This document shows, piece after piece, positions 17,388 through 26,308 of a stretch of 32,000 nucleotides of DNA; positions within the stretch are counted from its first letter, which is position 1, and each line of letters starts with the position of its first letter. Under the pieces are notes generated by a model. That model saw only the letters and a list, made by a program, of their open reading frames with translations. It was not told the origin of the DNA and did no database searches. The position numbers and the translations under genes were made by a program. The DNA is taken from NCBI GenBank assembly GCA_963808965.1, contig CAWEHU010000013.1, positions 30,672 through 62,671 of the forward strand, read 5' to 3'. The DNA is from an uncultured Alphaproteobacteria bacterium. Lineage in GTDB: Bacteria > Pseudomonadota > Alphaproteobacteria > Acetobacterales > Acetobacteraceae.

Positions 17388-18345
17388 CTATCCGAACGAG
17401 GCGTCGAGCAGCGCTGGATCGAGGCCGCCGGCGCGGAAGGTCTCGCCGCTTTCGAAGCTCGTCACGAGCGCCTCGGCGGGGCTGAACAGCATCGGATCGA
17501 TCGCGTAAAAATCGCCCTTGAAGGCCCGAAAGATCTCCCCGAAGGGCTTGCCGTAGTCGCGTGAGGTCGCGGCCGGAAGCTTCTCGGCCAAGTCTCGCGC
17601 GTCGGCAGCCGGGCCTGTGACGAACAGGTGCACGCGGCCGCCAAAGATGATCGCGTCGTTGGTGCGGCCCATCGCCGTGACAAAATCGGGATGCGGCGGG
17701 GGCAGGGGCGCCGCGCCCAGACCGTCGGCGATGCGCTCCAGCGGGAAATGGAGCTGGTGCGCCTTGTGCAGCGCCACTTCCAGCACACGCGCAACCACCT
17801 GCACGCTGCCCGCGAGGCTTTGGGTCGGCGCGTAGAGGATCGCGAGGTGCGCGGGTGAGACGCCGCAATCCGCGGCGATCTTCTCGATCAGCGGGGAAGG
17901 TGGCGGCTTCCCGCTCTCCAGCGACCAGCACCGCCTCCTGCGCCTGGTCCGCATAGCCAAGCTCCGCAAACAGCGGCTCCTTCCGCGCGAGCGCCCGTGC
18001 CGGTCCGGAGCCCAGGGCGAAAAACGCGCTCGGCTTCTCGCCATGAGCCAAGCTCCATCCGGCATATTGGCTGGCGAGGCAGGCGATAACCGGCTGCGAG
18101 GAGCTGATGGTGATGGTCCAGGGCCAACGCGGCAAGGCCGCATCAGTCGTGAGATGCGCCGATCCCAGCCCGCCCAGGCAGATCTCGGCGATACGCAAGC
18201 CGGCCGCGATACCCCCCGGATGCGCAGCCCCCGCATCGACCAGTGTAGCGCCTCCCGTGTCGGTCGACACGCCGACGCCCAGCTCGTCCGCGCGATCGAG
18301 GAGCGAGTCGAGCAAGCGTCGTGCGTTCGCGTTGACGCTGATCAT
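17388..18345 (-). pseudogene. mch: Methenyl-H4MPT cyclohydrolase, interrupted by one apparent +1 frameshift at about 17922
   Basis: The N-terminal 140 codons come from track ORF 16555..18345 ([16 protein letters not shown]...[14 protein letters not shown]...QYAGWSL...AQEAVLV). The C-terminus comes from ORF 17388..18236 ([21 protein letters not shown]...[26 protein letters not shown]...[13 protein letters not shown]...FSPAE). Skipping G17922 joins ..AVLV|LESGKPPP.., as in the Mch homologues I recall. The span is 958 nt, which is 3n+1. Confidence 0.9.
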
Positions 18346-19446
18346 ATCCCGACTCTCGCCAGAATTTCCGCCGCGCGGCTCCGAAGCTGCGCACGCGCCT
18401 GGTCCGCGTTGTCCGCCTCAGCGATCACCGTGCATAGCGGCGCATCTCTCGCGACCGGTTGGCCGGGCGGCTGCCGGTCCGCAGCCCAATCTGGCCAGAA
18501 GAAACCAGGCCTGAGGCGGAGCGCTGCGGGCGCATACACGACGGCAGCCGCCGCTGCGCGCTCGAACACTGGCGGACATGCGGCCAGCTCGCCGCGGCAG
18601 GCCTCGACATGAAGCCGGAACAGATCGGGATGACGGAAGAGGTCGAGCGTCGCGCCGGGCCGAGGATTGATCTCCAGCAGATCGAAACCCTCCGCGCCGC
18701 ACAAGGAAGTCCGCGCTGTTCAGACCGACGAGCCGCGTCTCTGGAACTATGCGCGCGACCGCGTCCGCCATCTCTCGAGGCCATCCGGGCCGACAACGTG
18801 GCCGGCCGCACCGCGCCGCCATACCGGAACGGATGGGCGGGTGTCGGGTCGGGCCATTGTTCGCTGAAGCCGAGCACGAGGGAGCGGTGTCCGTCGGCGA
18901 GGAACAGTGCGGAGACAGGCCTTCCTTCGGCGCGCTTTTGCAGATACCAGCCGCCCCGCTCGGCGAGAACCGGCTTTCTTGTCTGAACGTGAACGCCGCC
19001 CGATCCGCCACGCCGCTTCCAGAGCCAGCCAGTCTCGCGAGGCTCTTTCCACGCGATCTCGGGATGTGGGATGCCGAGCGTGCGGCAGAGCGCAGCGAAG
19101 TCGGCCGGAGCCTTCACACGCGCGATCGTGTCCGGCGTGTTGCCCAGCAGCGTGCGCCCGCGCGCCATCGCGGCGACCAGATTCGGACGGTCCTCGAAAC
19201 CGCTAGCCGTACACGATGCCCTCCACAGCCCGACCATCGGCCAGCCGGTCCAGCGCTTGCAATAGCGAAGCGCCCCGCGAATCCGCGCGAAAGGCTGCCG
19301 CGAACCTGGATGCTGTTCGCGGCAATTGCGCGCGTGTCCAGATCGCCGAACAAATCCGCGACAAGCGGAGCGTAGCCGGAGCGTCGCGCCGCGGCGGCGA
19401 GGGCGCGACCGGAGAGTGCGGCGATCAGCACCGCCGCGATCTTCAC
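18342..19446 (-). pseudogene. ATP-grasp protein of the H4MPT biosynthesis cluster, interrupted by four apparent +1 frameshifts
   Basis: The pieces lie in successive frames. 19446->~19275: (M)KIAAVLIAALSGRALAAAARRSGYAPLVADLFGDLDTRAIAANSIQVRGSLSRGFAG. ~19275->19205: ASLLQALDRLADGRAVEGIVYG. 19204->~18776: SGFEDRPNLVAAMARGRTLLGN...GGSGGVHV...PFRYGGAVRPATLSARMAS. ~18775->~18700: EMADAVARIVPETRLVGLNSADFLV. ~18700->18342: GAEGFDLLEINPRPGATLDLF...AEILARVGI*. The span is 1105 nt, which is 3x367+4. ATGA overlap with the mch start. Confidence 0.8.
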
Positions 19447-19455
19447 GCCAGCAGC

Positions 19456-20340
19456 TCACGCGCCAAGCGCGAACGCGTCGCGGAAATCGAAGCGCACCGG
19501 CTTCGTTGCTTCGATCATGCGGCGGAACAGGCCGAACTCGGTGCGGTATTTGATCTGGCCGATGGCCAGTGCGCCGATTCCGAGCGCTTTCGTTCCAGGC
19601 AGCGTGGCTTTGTCCGCCATCACGTCCAGCCCCTCCACGCCGGCGGGGGGGACGGCGTTCACGTCGGCGACTACGCGGAGACCGGACGCCTGACGCAGCT
19701 CGTCGGCGCTCAGGACCTGCACGCCTGCCCTCGCTGCGCAGAACGCGGCTTCGGCGTCCCGCAGCAGCGCGGCTTTCATCGCGCCGGTGCTCGCGTCCGC
19801 CGAACGCACGTTCACGCCGAAGCGCTTGCCGATCTCATCGGCGGCACGCGCCACGCGCTCCGGTCCGTCATGCCCGGCCAGCACCACTTGCGCGCCTTCC
19901 AATGCGGCGATCACGCCGGATGCGAAGCCGACCACACCCGTCGCCCCGAACACGACGACCTTCAGCCCGTCGAGGCCCCGCGCACCTTCGTCCCGCAGCA
20001 GCTTCTCGGTCCTGGCGACCATCGCCGCCGCCGTGGTGAAGGAACCGGACGGATCGGCGAAGAGCGAAATGACGAAGGGCGGCACCATCGCCTGCTTCGC
20101 CGCGTCCAGCATGTCGAGTGCCAGGATCGCGTCCTTGCCGCCGATGAACACGCCAGTTTTCACACCGTCCTTCGGGGGGCGCGAAAAGATCGCATCCTGC
20201 ACCAATCCCTGCACGTCCTGCCGCGCGACATCGCAATAGGGCAGCACCGCGTCGAAGCCGGCGTCCAACGCCATGTTCGCATCGAACGGGCTGACGTGCT
20301 TGAGCGGACTAAGCATGTGCAGGATGTGCTTGTCCGCCAT
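19456..20340 (-). CDS. mtdB: NAD(P)-dependent methylene-H4MPT dehydrogenase
   Basis: Track ORF, 294 aa, intact. ILHMLSPLKHVSPFDANMALDAGFD...IFSRPPKDGVKTGVFIGGKD...ADPSGSFTTAAAMVA...DVNAVPPAG...FDFRDAF is colinear with MtdB as I recall it. Confidence 0.92.
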   Translation of the reverse strand: MADKHILHMLSPLKHVSPFDANMALDAGFDAVLPYCDVARQDVQGLVQDAIFSRPPKDGVKTGVFIGGKDAILALDMLDAAKQAMVPPFVISLFADPSGSFTTAAAMVARTEKLLRDEGARGLDGLKVVVFGATGVVGFASGVIAALEGAQVVLAGHDGPERVARAADEIGKRFGVNVRSADASTGAMKAALLRDAEAAFCAARAGVQVLSADELRQASGLRVVADVNAVPPAGVEGLDVMADKATLPGTKALGIGALAIGQIKYRTEFGLFRRMIEATKPVRFDFRDAFALGA

Positions 20341-20362
20341 GGCGCCCGTCTCCTTCTCCCTC

Positions 20363-21313
20363 TTATCGGCCTGGCCGCATCATCACGGACGCTCCGCGAT
20401 TCAGCGCCTTGCAGACGCTGATGTCCAGACCCCCGACCCGCTCGCGTAGCGAGGTCGCTATCCGCTCGGCTTCCGCCTCGCCGCGCAGGAAAGCGAAGCC
20501 GGACGGTCCCCACGAACTTTGGCCGATCCCGGTCGCTCCTGCCGCGCGTGCGTGATCGAGCGCGGCGGCGACGCGCGGGCTGGTGAAGCGCGCACCCTGC
20601 GCGGGCGCGAAATGGTCTCCGGCGATGGCTTGCACCTCCGTCACCGCGGCCCCGAACGTTTCGAGATCGTCCTCGGCGAGCGCCGGTAACGCCTGCATCA
20701 GCACGAGCCTGCAAATGCGGGACGAAAGCCGGTCCGGAAGTGGCGCGAGCGCGGCGAAGGCCGCAATCTCCTCCGGCCCGGACAGCCCCTCATGAGCAGG
20801 GTCTTGCAGCAGCAGGATGCGCCAGTCATCCGGCACGGCCAAGCGGGAGAGCAGCGGTGGCGCACGCTCGCCCCCGCGCCCGCCGTCAACGACGAAGCCG
20901 CCTTGCTGGAACAGAAAGATGCCGATGCCCGAGCGATGGCCCCGCCCCAGCACCCGCGCATCCTCGCCGGGGTTCGCAGGCAATCCGTGCAGGCGGCGCA
21001 GGGCGGCGGCGATCCCGAGCGCGAGTTGCGTGCCCGATCCGAGTCCAGCATGCGCGCGGGATCGAGGACAGGACTGTCAGCGCGTGGCCGCCCCTGATGC
21101 CGAGATGCGCGGCGATAGCGGCGAGATAGGCGGCGGCGCGCGGGCTTCGGCGCCCTGCACGCGGTCTCGTTCGCGCGGCTGAGCCGGAGACGCGTTTCGG
21201 GCCTGTCGAGGGCATAGTCCGATGCTGCCGAACCGACGCCCGAGCGTGAAGCTGAGGTCGAGGAAGCCCAGGTGCAGCCGCGCGGTACACGCGACCTCGA
21301 CGGCTTCATCCAT
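20363..21313 (-). pseudogene. mptG: Beta-ribofuranosylaminobenzene 5'-phosphate (RFAP) synthase, interrupted by at least three frame changes
   Basis: N-terminus from ATG 21313: MDEAVEVACTARLHLGFLDLSFTLGRRFGSIGL (GHMP-like RFAP-synthase start). The next frame gives ALDRPETRLRLSRANETA. The next gives ..AAAYLAAIAAHLGIRGGHALTVLSSIP. The original frame then resumes with AHAGLGSGTQLALGIAAALRRLHGLPANPGEDARVLGRGHRSGIGIFLFQQGGFVVDGG... to the stop at 20363 (track ORF 20363..20983). Breaks lie at about 21214, within 21129-21162, and at about 21053-21057. Confidence 0.8.
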
Positions 21314-21426
21314 CGCGAGAGGATCGCCAGGCCGGCGGGCGGATGCCCGGCGGGTTCCGCGTTGCCTGGAGCATGATTTATGATCCACACTCGGTTGGCC
21401 GAGCGCAACCCCAGGGAGGCAAGCGC

Positions 21427-21810
21427 ATGACCGAGCGGCAGCCGGAGCACGCCTATTCCGAGCCCGAGATCGAAGCCCATCTGAAGCAGCATCTGCCGCA
21501 TTGGCGATTGGAGCGCGGCTGGATCCGGCGCACCTATCGCACGCACGGTTGGAAAGGCACGCTGATGGTCATCAACGCGGTCGGACATCTGGCCGAAGCC
21601 GCGTGGCACCATCCCGATATCACCGCCTCCTACGCCTGGGTGGAGGTTCGCCTCATGACGCACACCGCGAAGGGAATAACCGACAAGGATTATCAGCTCG
21701 CCGCGAAGATCGAGGAGGTAATTCAATGGCAGCCGGGCAAAGAGGGCGGCGCACTGGAAGGCACGCCAGCTAAGGACCCGCGCTTCGCCTACATCAAGTA
21801 CGACGATTGA
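21427..21810 (+). CDS. Pterin-4a-carbinolamine dehydratase (PCD/DCoH)-like protein
   Basis: Track ORF 21343..21810 trimmed to ATG 21427, with a GGGAGG RBS 7 nt upstream. ..HWRLERGWIRRTYRTHGWKGTLMVINAVGHLAEAAWHHPDITASYAWVEVRLMTH.. is the PCD core motif (E..HHPD). 127 aa. Confidence 0.85.
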   Translation: MTERQPEHAYSEPEIEAHLKQHLPHWRLERGWIRRTYRTHGWKGTLMVINAVGHLAEAAWHHPDITASYAWVEVRLMTHTAKGITDKDYQLAAKIEEVIQWQPGKEGGALEGTPAKDPRFAYIKYDD

Positions 21811-22898
21811 GCGACGCGGTTTCCGTCCGGGGTCGGCCTGCCTCGCTGGACGAAGGAGTAAGCGAAGCCGCGGCGATCCTCCGCCGCAGCCGTTGCGCGG
21901 TTATCGCCGGTGCCGGCACTGATGTGGCGGGGGCGGAGGCGGCGGTCTCGCTCGCCCGGGCCGTGGATGGCGTGTTCGATCACCTGCACGCCGACGGGGT
22001 GCTGCGCGATCTTGAAGTGATGGGCCAGGCGGGATGGATCGTCACGACGCCCTCGCAGGCGTGCGCGCGGGCGGATCTTGTTCTGCTGGTCGGATCAGGA
22101 TTGGACTCGGCTTGGCCGGGCTTCGTCGCGCGGCTTCGGCTGAATGGGCCGCCGCCGCTGCACCCGGACCGCTCGCGCCGAGTGATCCGGCTCTGTCCGG
22201 GAGAGGACGGGTTCGCGGGCGAGGCCGCCACCATCGGGGGAGAGCCGCGCGAGCTGCCGATCCTGCTTGGGGTCTTGCGTGCGCTTTGCGCCGGACGACC
22301 GCCGCGGGATGATGCGCCATTGCTGGGACAACTGAGAGACTGCGCACGCGCGCTCCAGGATGCGCGGTATGGAGTCGCGCTGTGGAGCGCCGAGCGACTC
22401 GATCCGCTCGCGATCGAGATGCTGTGCGGGCTCATCGACGATCTCAACGCGAGCACGCGCTTCGCCGGGCTGCCCGTGCCGGGGCCGGGGAACGCAATGG
22501 GTATCGCACAGGCGAGCGCATGGGCGAGCGGATTTCCGTTCCGGACTTCCTTCGCCCGGCAACAGCCCGCGCATGATTCCTGGCGCTTCGATGCGAGGCG
22601 CATGGTGGAGAGCGGGGAGGCGGACGCGGCGGTGTGGATCGCCGCTCTCGATCCCGCTGCGCCACCCTGGCGGCGGGCGCTTCCCACGATCGCGCTGGTT
22701 GCGCGCGATACCAGTTTTGCGTCATCGCCGGAGGTGCTTATCACCGTCGGCCGGCCGGGTCTCGACCATCCGGCCGTCCTGTTCGAGCAGGATCTCGGCG
22801 GGCTTGTGGCCAAGCAAGCGGCGGCAGCCAGCGCCGTACCCACGGTGGCGCACGTCGTGGGGCGGATCATTGAGGCGCTGGGAGCCGATCCGTGCTGA
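21807..22898 (+). CDS. fhcB: Formyltransferase/hydrolase complex subunit B (FwdB/FmdB homologue)
   Basis: Track ORF, 363 aa, TTG start in a TTGA overlap with the PCD stop. It sits at the head of the fhcB-A-D-C order, and length and composition fit FhcB. The call rests mostly on context plus general similarity recalled from memory. Confidence 0.8.
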   Translation: MSDAVSVRGRPASLDEGVSEAAAILRRSRCAVIAGAGTDVAGAEAAVSLARAVDGVFDHLHADGVLRDLEVMGQAGWIVTTPSQACARADLVLLVGSGLDSAWPGFVARLRLNGPPPLHPDRSRRVIRLCPGEDGFAGEAATIGGEPRELPILLGVLRALCAGRPPRDDAPLLGQLRDCARALQDARYGVALWSAERLDPLAIEMLCGLIDDLNASTRFAGLPVPGPGNAMGIAQASAWASGFPFRTSFARQQPAHDSWRFDARRMVESGEADAAVWIAALDPAAPPWRRALPTIALVARDTSFASSPEVLITVGRPGLDHPAVLFEQDLGGLVAKQAAAASAVPTVAHVVGRIIEALGADPC

Positions 22899-24507
22899 CC
22901 GTGCTACGGGGCGGGCGGATCATCGACCCGACCGAAGGCCGCGACGAACAAGGCGACCTCTGGTTCGAGAATGACCGTATCGTCCCGCCGCCAGCGGACG
23001 GTCGGAGGCCTGACACGGAGCACGATGTTTCCGGTGCCGTCGTGCTGGCGGGCGGGATCGACATCCATTCGCATATCGCGGGCACCAACGTGAACACGGC
23101 CCGTCTGCTCCTGCCGGAGCTACGCGCCGGCGGCGCATTGGAGGCCGTGCCGGTGGTAGAGGAGATCGGCCGGCTTTACATTGCCATGGGTTTTACCACG
23201 GTGGTCGAGCCCGCCATCACGCCGCACAATGCGTTGCAGGCTCATCTGGAGCTCGCGCAAATCCCGTTCATCGACACCGCGATCCTGACGGTTCTCGGCA
23301 ACGAGGACTATCTGCTGGAGCTGCTGCGAATCGAAAGAGAGCGCGTCTGCGATCGCCGACTACGCCGGGCGGATGCTCGCGGGCAGCAAGGGGCTTGGAC
23401 TGAAAGTTATCAACGCGGGTGGCTCCGCGGCCTTCAAGGAGAACGCGCGCAGCTTCGGGCTCGATGACGTCGTACCGCAATACGGCGTCAGCTCTCGTGC
23501 CATCGTGCGCGCGGTGCAGGAAGCCCGGGCCATTCTAGGCGTCCCGCATCCGGTGCATCTCCACTGCAACAATCTGGGGATTCCCGGCAACGTCGAGACC
23601 GCGCTCGCCACGATCGACCAGCTCGGCGACTTGCCGCTGCATCTCGCGCATCTGCAATTTTACGCCTACGGCACCGAGGGAGCGCGCGGCTTCTCCTCGG
23701 CCGCCCCTCGTCTTGCGGAGGCCGTCAAGGCGAACCCAAATGTTACCGCCGATGTCGGGCAGGTGATGTTTGGGCAAACGGTCACGATCTCATGCGACTT
23801 GATCCGCCAGTTCAACGGCCGCGCGCAGGCGCATCCCCGGAAATCCGTCATCATGGACGGTGACGGCAACGGCGGCGGCGTGGTGCCGTACCGGTATCGC
23901 CGCACCAGTTTCTTCAATGCGGTGCAATGGGCGGCGGGGCTCGAGCTGTTTCTGCTCATCGACGATCCGTGGCGGCTCTTCTTCACGACGGACCACCCGA
24001 ACGGCGCGCCGTTCACCGCATACCCGGATTTGTTTGCTCTGCTGATGAGCCGCGCGCTGCGTGAGCAGTGGATCGGGACGGTTCCGGCGGATGCGATGCA
24101 GGTTTGCGTCCTGCCTTCCCTTGCGAGGGAATATACGTGGCCCGAGATCGCGACCATGACGCGAGCCGCACCGGCCCGCCTGCTCGGGCTCGCGGATCGC
24201 GGCCATCTCGCACCGGGCGGACGCGCCGACATCGCGGTGTACCGGCCCGCAGCCCGACCTTGCCGCGACGTTCCGCCACGCGGCGTTGGTGTTCAAGGAT
24301 GGACGGCTCGTCGTCCGTGACGGGCGGGCGATCGAGCGGGTCCTGGGCCGTGCGCTCGCGATCGAGCCGGGATTCGACGCGGCGGCCGACCGGCGGCTCG
24401 CGGGGTGGTACGATCGGCTCTACGGAATCCCGCATACCGCCTTCGATGTGCCTGCGGACGCCACCGGCCGCGCCCTGCCGTTCGAGACGGTGCCATGCCG
24501 GGGTTGA
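22892..24507 (+). pseudogene. fhcA: Formyltransferase/hydrolase complex subunit A (FwdA-like amidohydrolase), interrupted by two apparent +1 frameshifts
   Basis: Three track ORFs lie in successive frames. 22892..23467 is credible to ..ILTVLGNEDYLLELL and includes GGIDIHSHI, the amidohydrolase metal motif. 23373..24320 carries upstream in-frame ESKESASAIADYAGR and then MLAGSKGLGLKVINAGG...HLHCNNLG...TTDHPNG... to ..ADIAVYRP. 24286..24507 continues QPDLAATFRHAALVFKDGRLVVRDG...FETVPCRG*. Breaks lie at about 23325-23340 and about 24246-24249 (CCC run). The span is 1616 nt, which is 3n+2. Confidence 0.88.
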
Positions 24508-25403
24508 TCAGGAACGGCGTCGCAGTCGACGACACTTTCGCCGAGGCGTTCGACATGCGGGCGACCGCGCTGGTGCTTACGGCCGGCACGTCGCACTGGG
24601 CGCGGCAGGCGGCCGTGACGATGACGGGGTTTGCCACCTCAATCATCGGCTGCGGCGTTGAAGCGGCGATCGATGGAGAGGTGGCCGAGAACGAGACCCC
24701 GGATGGCCGTCCGGGCGTGCGCGTCCTGCTATTCGCCGCCTCGACGGGCGAGTTGCAGAAACAGTTGCTGGCGCGCGTCGGCCAATGCGTTCTCACCTGC
24801 CACGATACGGCCTGCTACGCGGGACTCGAAGGCTCGGAGCCGCTTCGGCTTGGCGACGGACTGCGCTATTTCGGCGACGGCTGGCAAATCTCGAAGCGGC
24901 TCGCCGGTCGTCGCTATTGGCGCATCCCGGTGATGGATGGCGAGTTCGTTTGCGAAAGCACGACGGGATTGACAAAGAGCGCGGTCGGCGGCGGCAACCT
25001 CATCCTCCTGGGCCGCAGCACTGAGGCCGCCCGGCGCGCGGCCGAAGCGGCGGTGGCGGCGATCGGTGGCGTCCCGCACGCGATCACGCCGTTTCCCGGC
25101 GGTATCGCCCGATCCGGCTCGAAGATCGGTTCGAAATACAAGGCGCTCATGGCATCGACGAACGATGCGTTCTGCCCGACGCTGCGAGGAGTCGTGCAAT
25201 CCGCGCTCGATCCGGACGTGGAGGCGGTGCTGGAAATCGTCATCGACGGCCTAAGCCACGGCGCAGTTGAGGCGGCGATGCGGGAGGGACTCGCAGCCGC
25301 GGTCGCGCTCGGGCCGGAGCAGGGGGCCGCGCGGATTACCGCCGGGAATTATGGCGGCAAGCTGGGCCGGCATCATTTCCACTTGTCGCAACTGCTGCCA
25401 TGA
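24495..25403 (+). CDS. fhcD: Formylmethanofuran:H4MPT formyltransferase (Fhc complex subunit D)
   Basis: Track ORF 24405..25403 trimmed to ATG 24495, which overlaps the fhcA end. MPGLIRNGVAVDDTFAEAF.M.AT...MTGFATS.I.CGVEA...TPDGRPGV...RYWRIPVMDGEF...PFPGG..RSGSK.GSKYKAL.ASTNDAFCPTL...ITAGNYGGKLG is colinear with Ftr/FhcD. Confidence 0.93.
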   Translation: MPGLIRNGVAVDDTFAEAFDMRATALVLTAGTSHWARQAAVTMTGFATSIIGCGVEAAIDGEVAENETPDGRPGVRVLLFAASTGELQKQLLARVGQCVLTCHDTACYAGLEGSEPLRLGDGLRYFGDGWQISKRLAGRRYWRIPVMDGEFVCESTTGLTKSAVGGGNLILLGRSTEAARRAAEAAVAAIGGVPHAITPFPGGIARSGSKIGSKYKALMASTNDAFCPTLRGVVQSALDPDVEAVLEIVIDGLSHGAVEAAMREGLAAAVALGPEQGAARITAGNYGGKLGRHHFHLSQLLP

Positions 25404-26215
25404 CCGCGCTCCGCTTCGTGCTGCGGTTTCCACCTCCGATGCGGCTCGATCTGTCGCCGCTGATTCCGGAGCGCCTGGCCAGAATGGAGGCGAGCGCGAT
25501 CGATCGGATCGAGCTCGGCTCGGCTCGGGCCAGCGTGCGCGTCGGCGACGTGTTCCGTTTGCAAACGGGCGAGGCCTCGCGCGTGACGATCGAAGGCGGA
25601 TCGGAACGGTTCGACTTTCTCGGTGCCGAAATGAGCAGCGGCGAAGTGCTGCTGGATGGAGAGGCGGGCTATGCGGCGGGCAGGAGGATGGCCGGCGGGC
25701 GGCTCGAAATCCGAGGTGACGCCGGCGGTTGGGCCGGATCGGGACTGCGCGGCGGGACGGTGGAGATTTGGGGCGATGCGGGCGCGATGCTGGGGGCACC
25801 GTTCGCCGGGGAACGCGCCGGAATGGCCGGCGGCACGCTGATCGTGCGGGGAGGGGCAGGCGAGCGGGCGGGCGACCGGATGCGACGCGGCCTGATAATC
25901 ATCGAAGGGGCGGCCGGTGTTTGCGTGGGAAGTCGAATGCTGGCCGGCACGCTGGTCGTGTGCGGGGCCGCTGGGGCCATGCCCGGCTACCTGATGCGGC
26001 GCGGCACCCTGTTACTCGGGCTCGCCGCCCCGTTGCCGACTTTCGTGCCGACCGGAAATGTCGCCGCTTCGTTCCGAGGGCTTCTGGCCGGTGCTCTCGC
26101 CCGGTTCAGTTGGCCGGCTGCCCAACTCGCGGCTACCGCCGCGGAGCGGTACCTTGGAGACGTGGCGACGCTTGGGAAAGGCGAGATGGTCCTGGGGACG
26201 ACCGAGGCAGCCTGA
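25400..26215 (+). CDS. fhcC: Formyltransferase/hydrolase complex subunit C (FwdC-like beta-helix)
   Basis: Track ORF, 271 aa. ATGA overlap with the fhcD stop. Repeated G-rich beta-helix rungs (GGRLEIRGDAGGWAG, GGTVEIWGDAGAMLG, GGTLIVRGGAGERAG, RGLIIIEGAAG, GTLVVCGAAG). Confidence 0.9.
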   Translation: MTALRFVLRFPPPMRLDLSPLIPERLARMEASAIDRIELGSARASVRVGDVFRLQTGEASRVTIEGGSERFDFLGAEMSSGEVLLDGEAGYAAGRRMAGGRLEIRGDAGGWAGSGLRGGTVEIWGDAGAMLGAPFAGERAGMAGGTLIVRGGAGERAGDRMRRGLIIIEGAAGVCVGSRMLAGTLVVCGAAGAMPGYLMRRGTLLLGLAAPLPTFVPTGNVAASFRGLLAGALARFSWPAAQLAATAAERYLGDVATLGKGEMVLGTTEAA

Positions 26216-26308
26216 TCACGACACTTTTTGGCGAGAGCCCTGCCGGAAGCATCCGCCGCGCCTATCGTTGAGGAGGCAACGACTTGGCGTTCCGGCCGGG
26301 AGGCGGCG

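Noticed and set aside
16555-18345. 596-aa ORF spanning mch and the RimK-like gene
   Set aside because: Only the first ~140 codons are Mch-like. The rest is out-of-frame read-through (Arg/Pro/Ala-rich) over the 3' half of mch and, in the wrong frame, the RimK-like gene.
19216-20421. 401-aa plus-strand ORF
   Set aside because: It is antisense to mtdB and the ATP-grasp gene, both of which have strong family similarity.
20698-21726. 342-aa minus-strand ORF
   Set aside because: It is a composite of an out-of-frame stretch of mptG (only ~20 codons, ALDRPETRLRLSRANETA, are genuine) and the antisense of the PCD-like gene.
3068-24507. Programmed +1/-1 ribosomal frameshifting as an explanation for the broken genes
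   Set aside because: The break sites share no slippery heptamer, no rare-codon/stop context and no downstream structure. They occur in six unrelated genes whose homologues are normally single ORFs.
25600-26000. Periodic G-rich repeats in DNA, considered as a tandem repeat or CRISPR-like array
   Set aside because: They are the coding image of the FwdC/FhcC beta-helix rungs (GG.l.i.GdAG). There is no spacer/repeat architecture and the reading frame is continuous.
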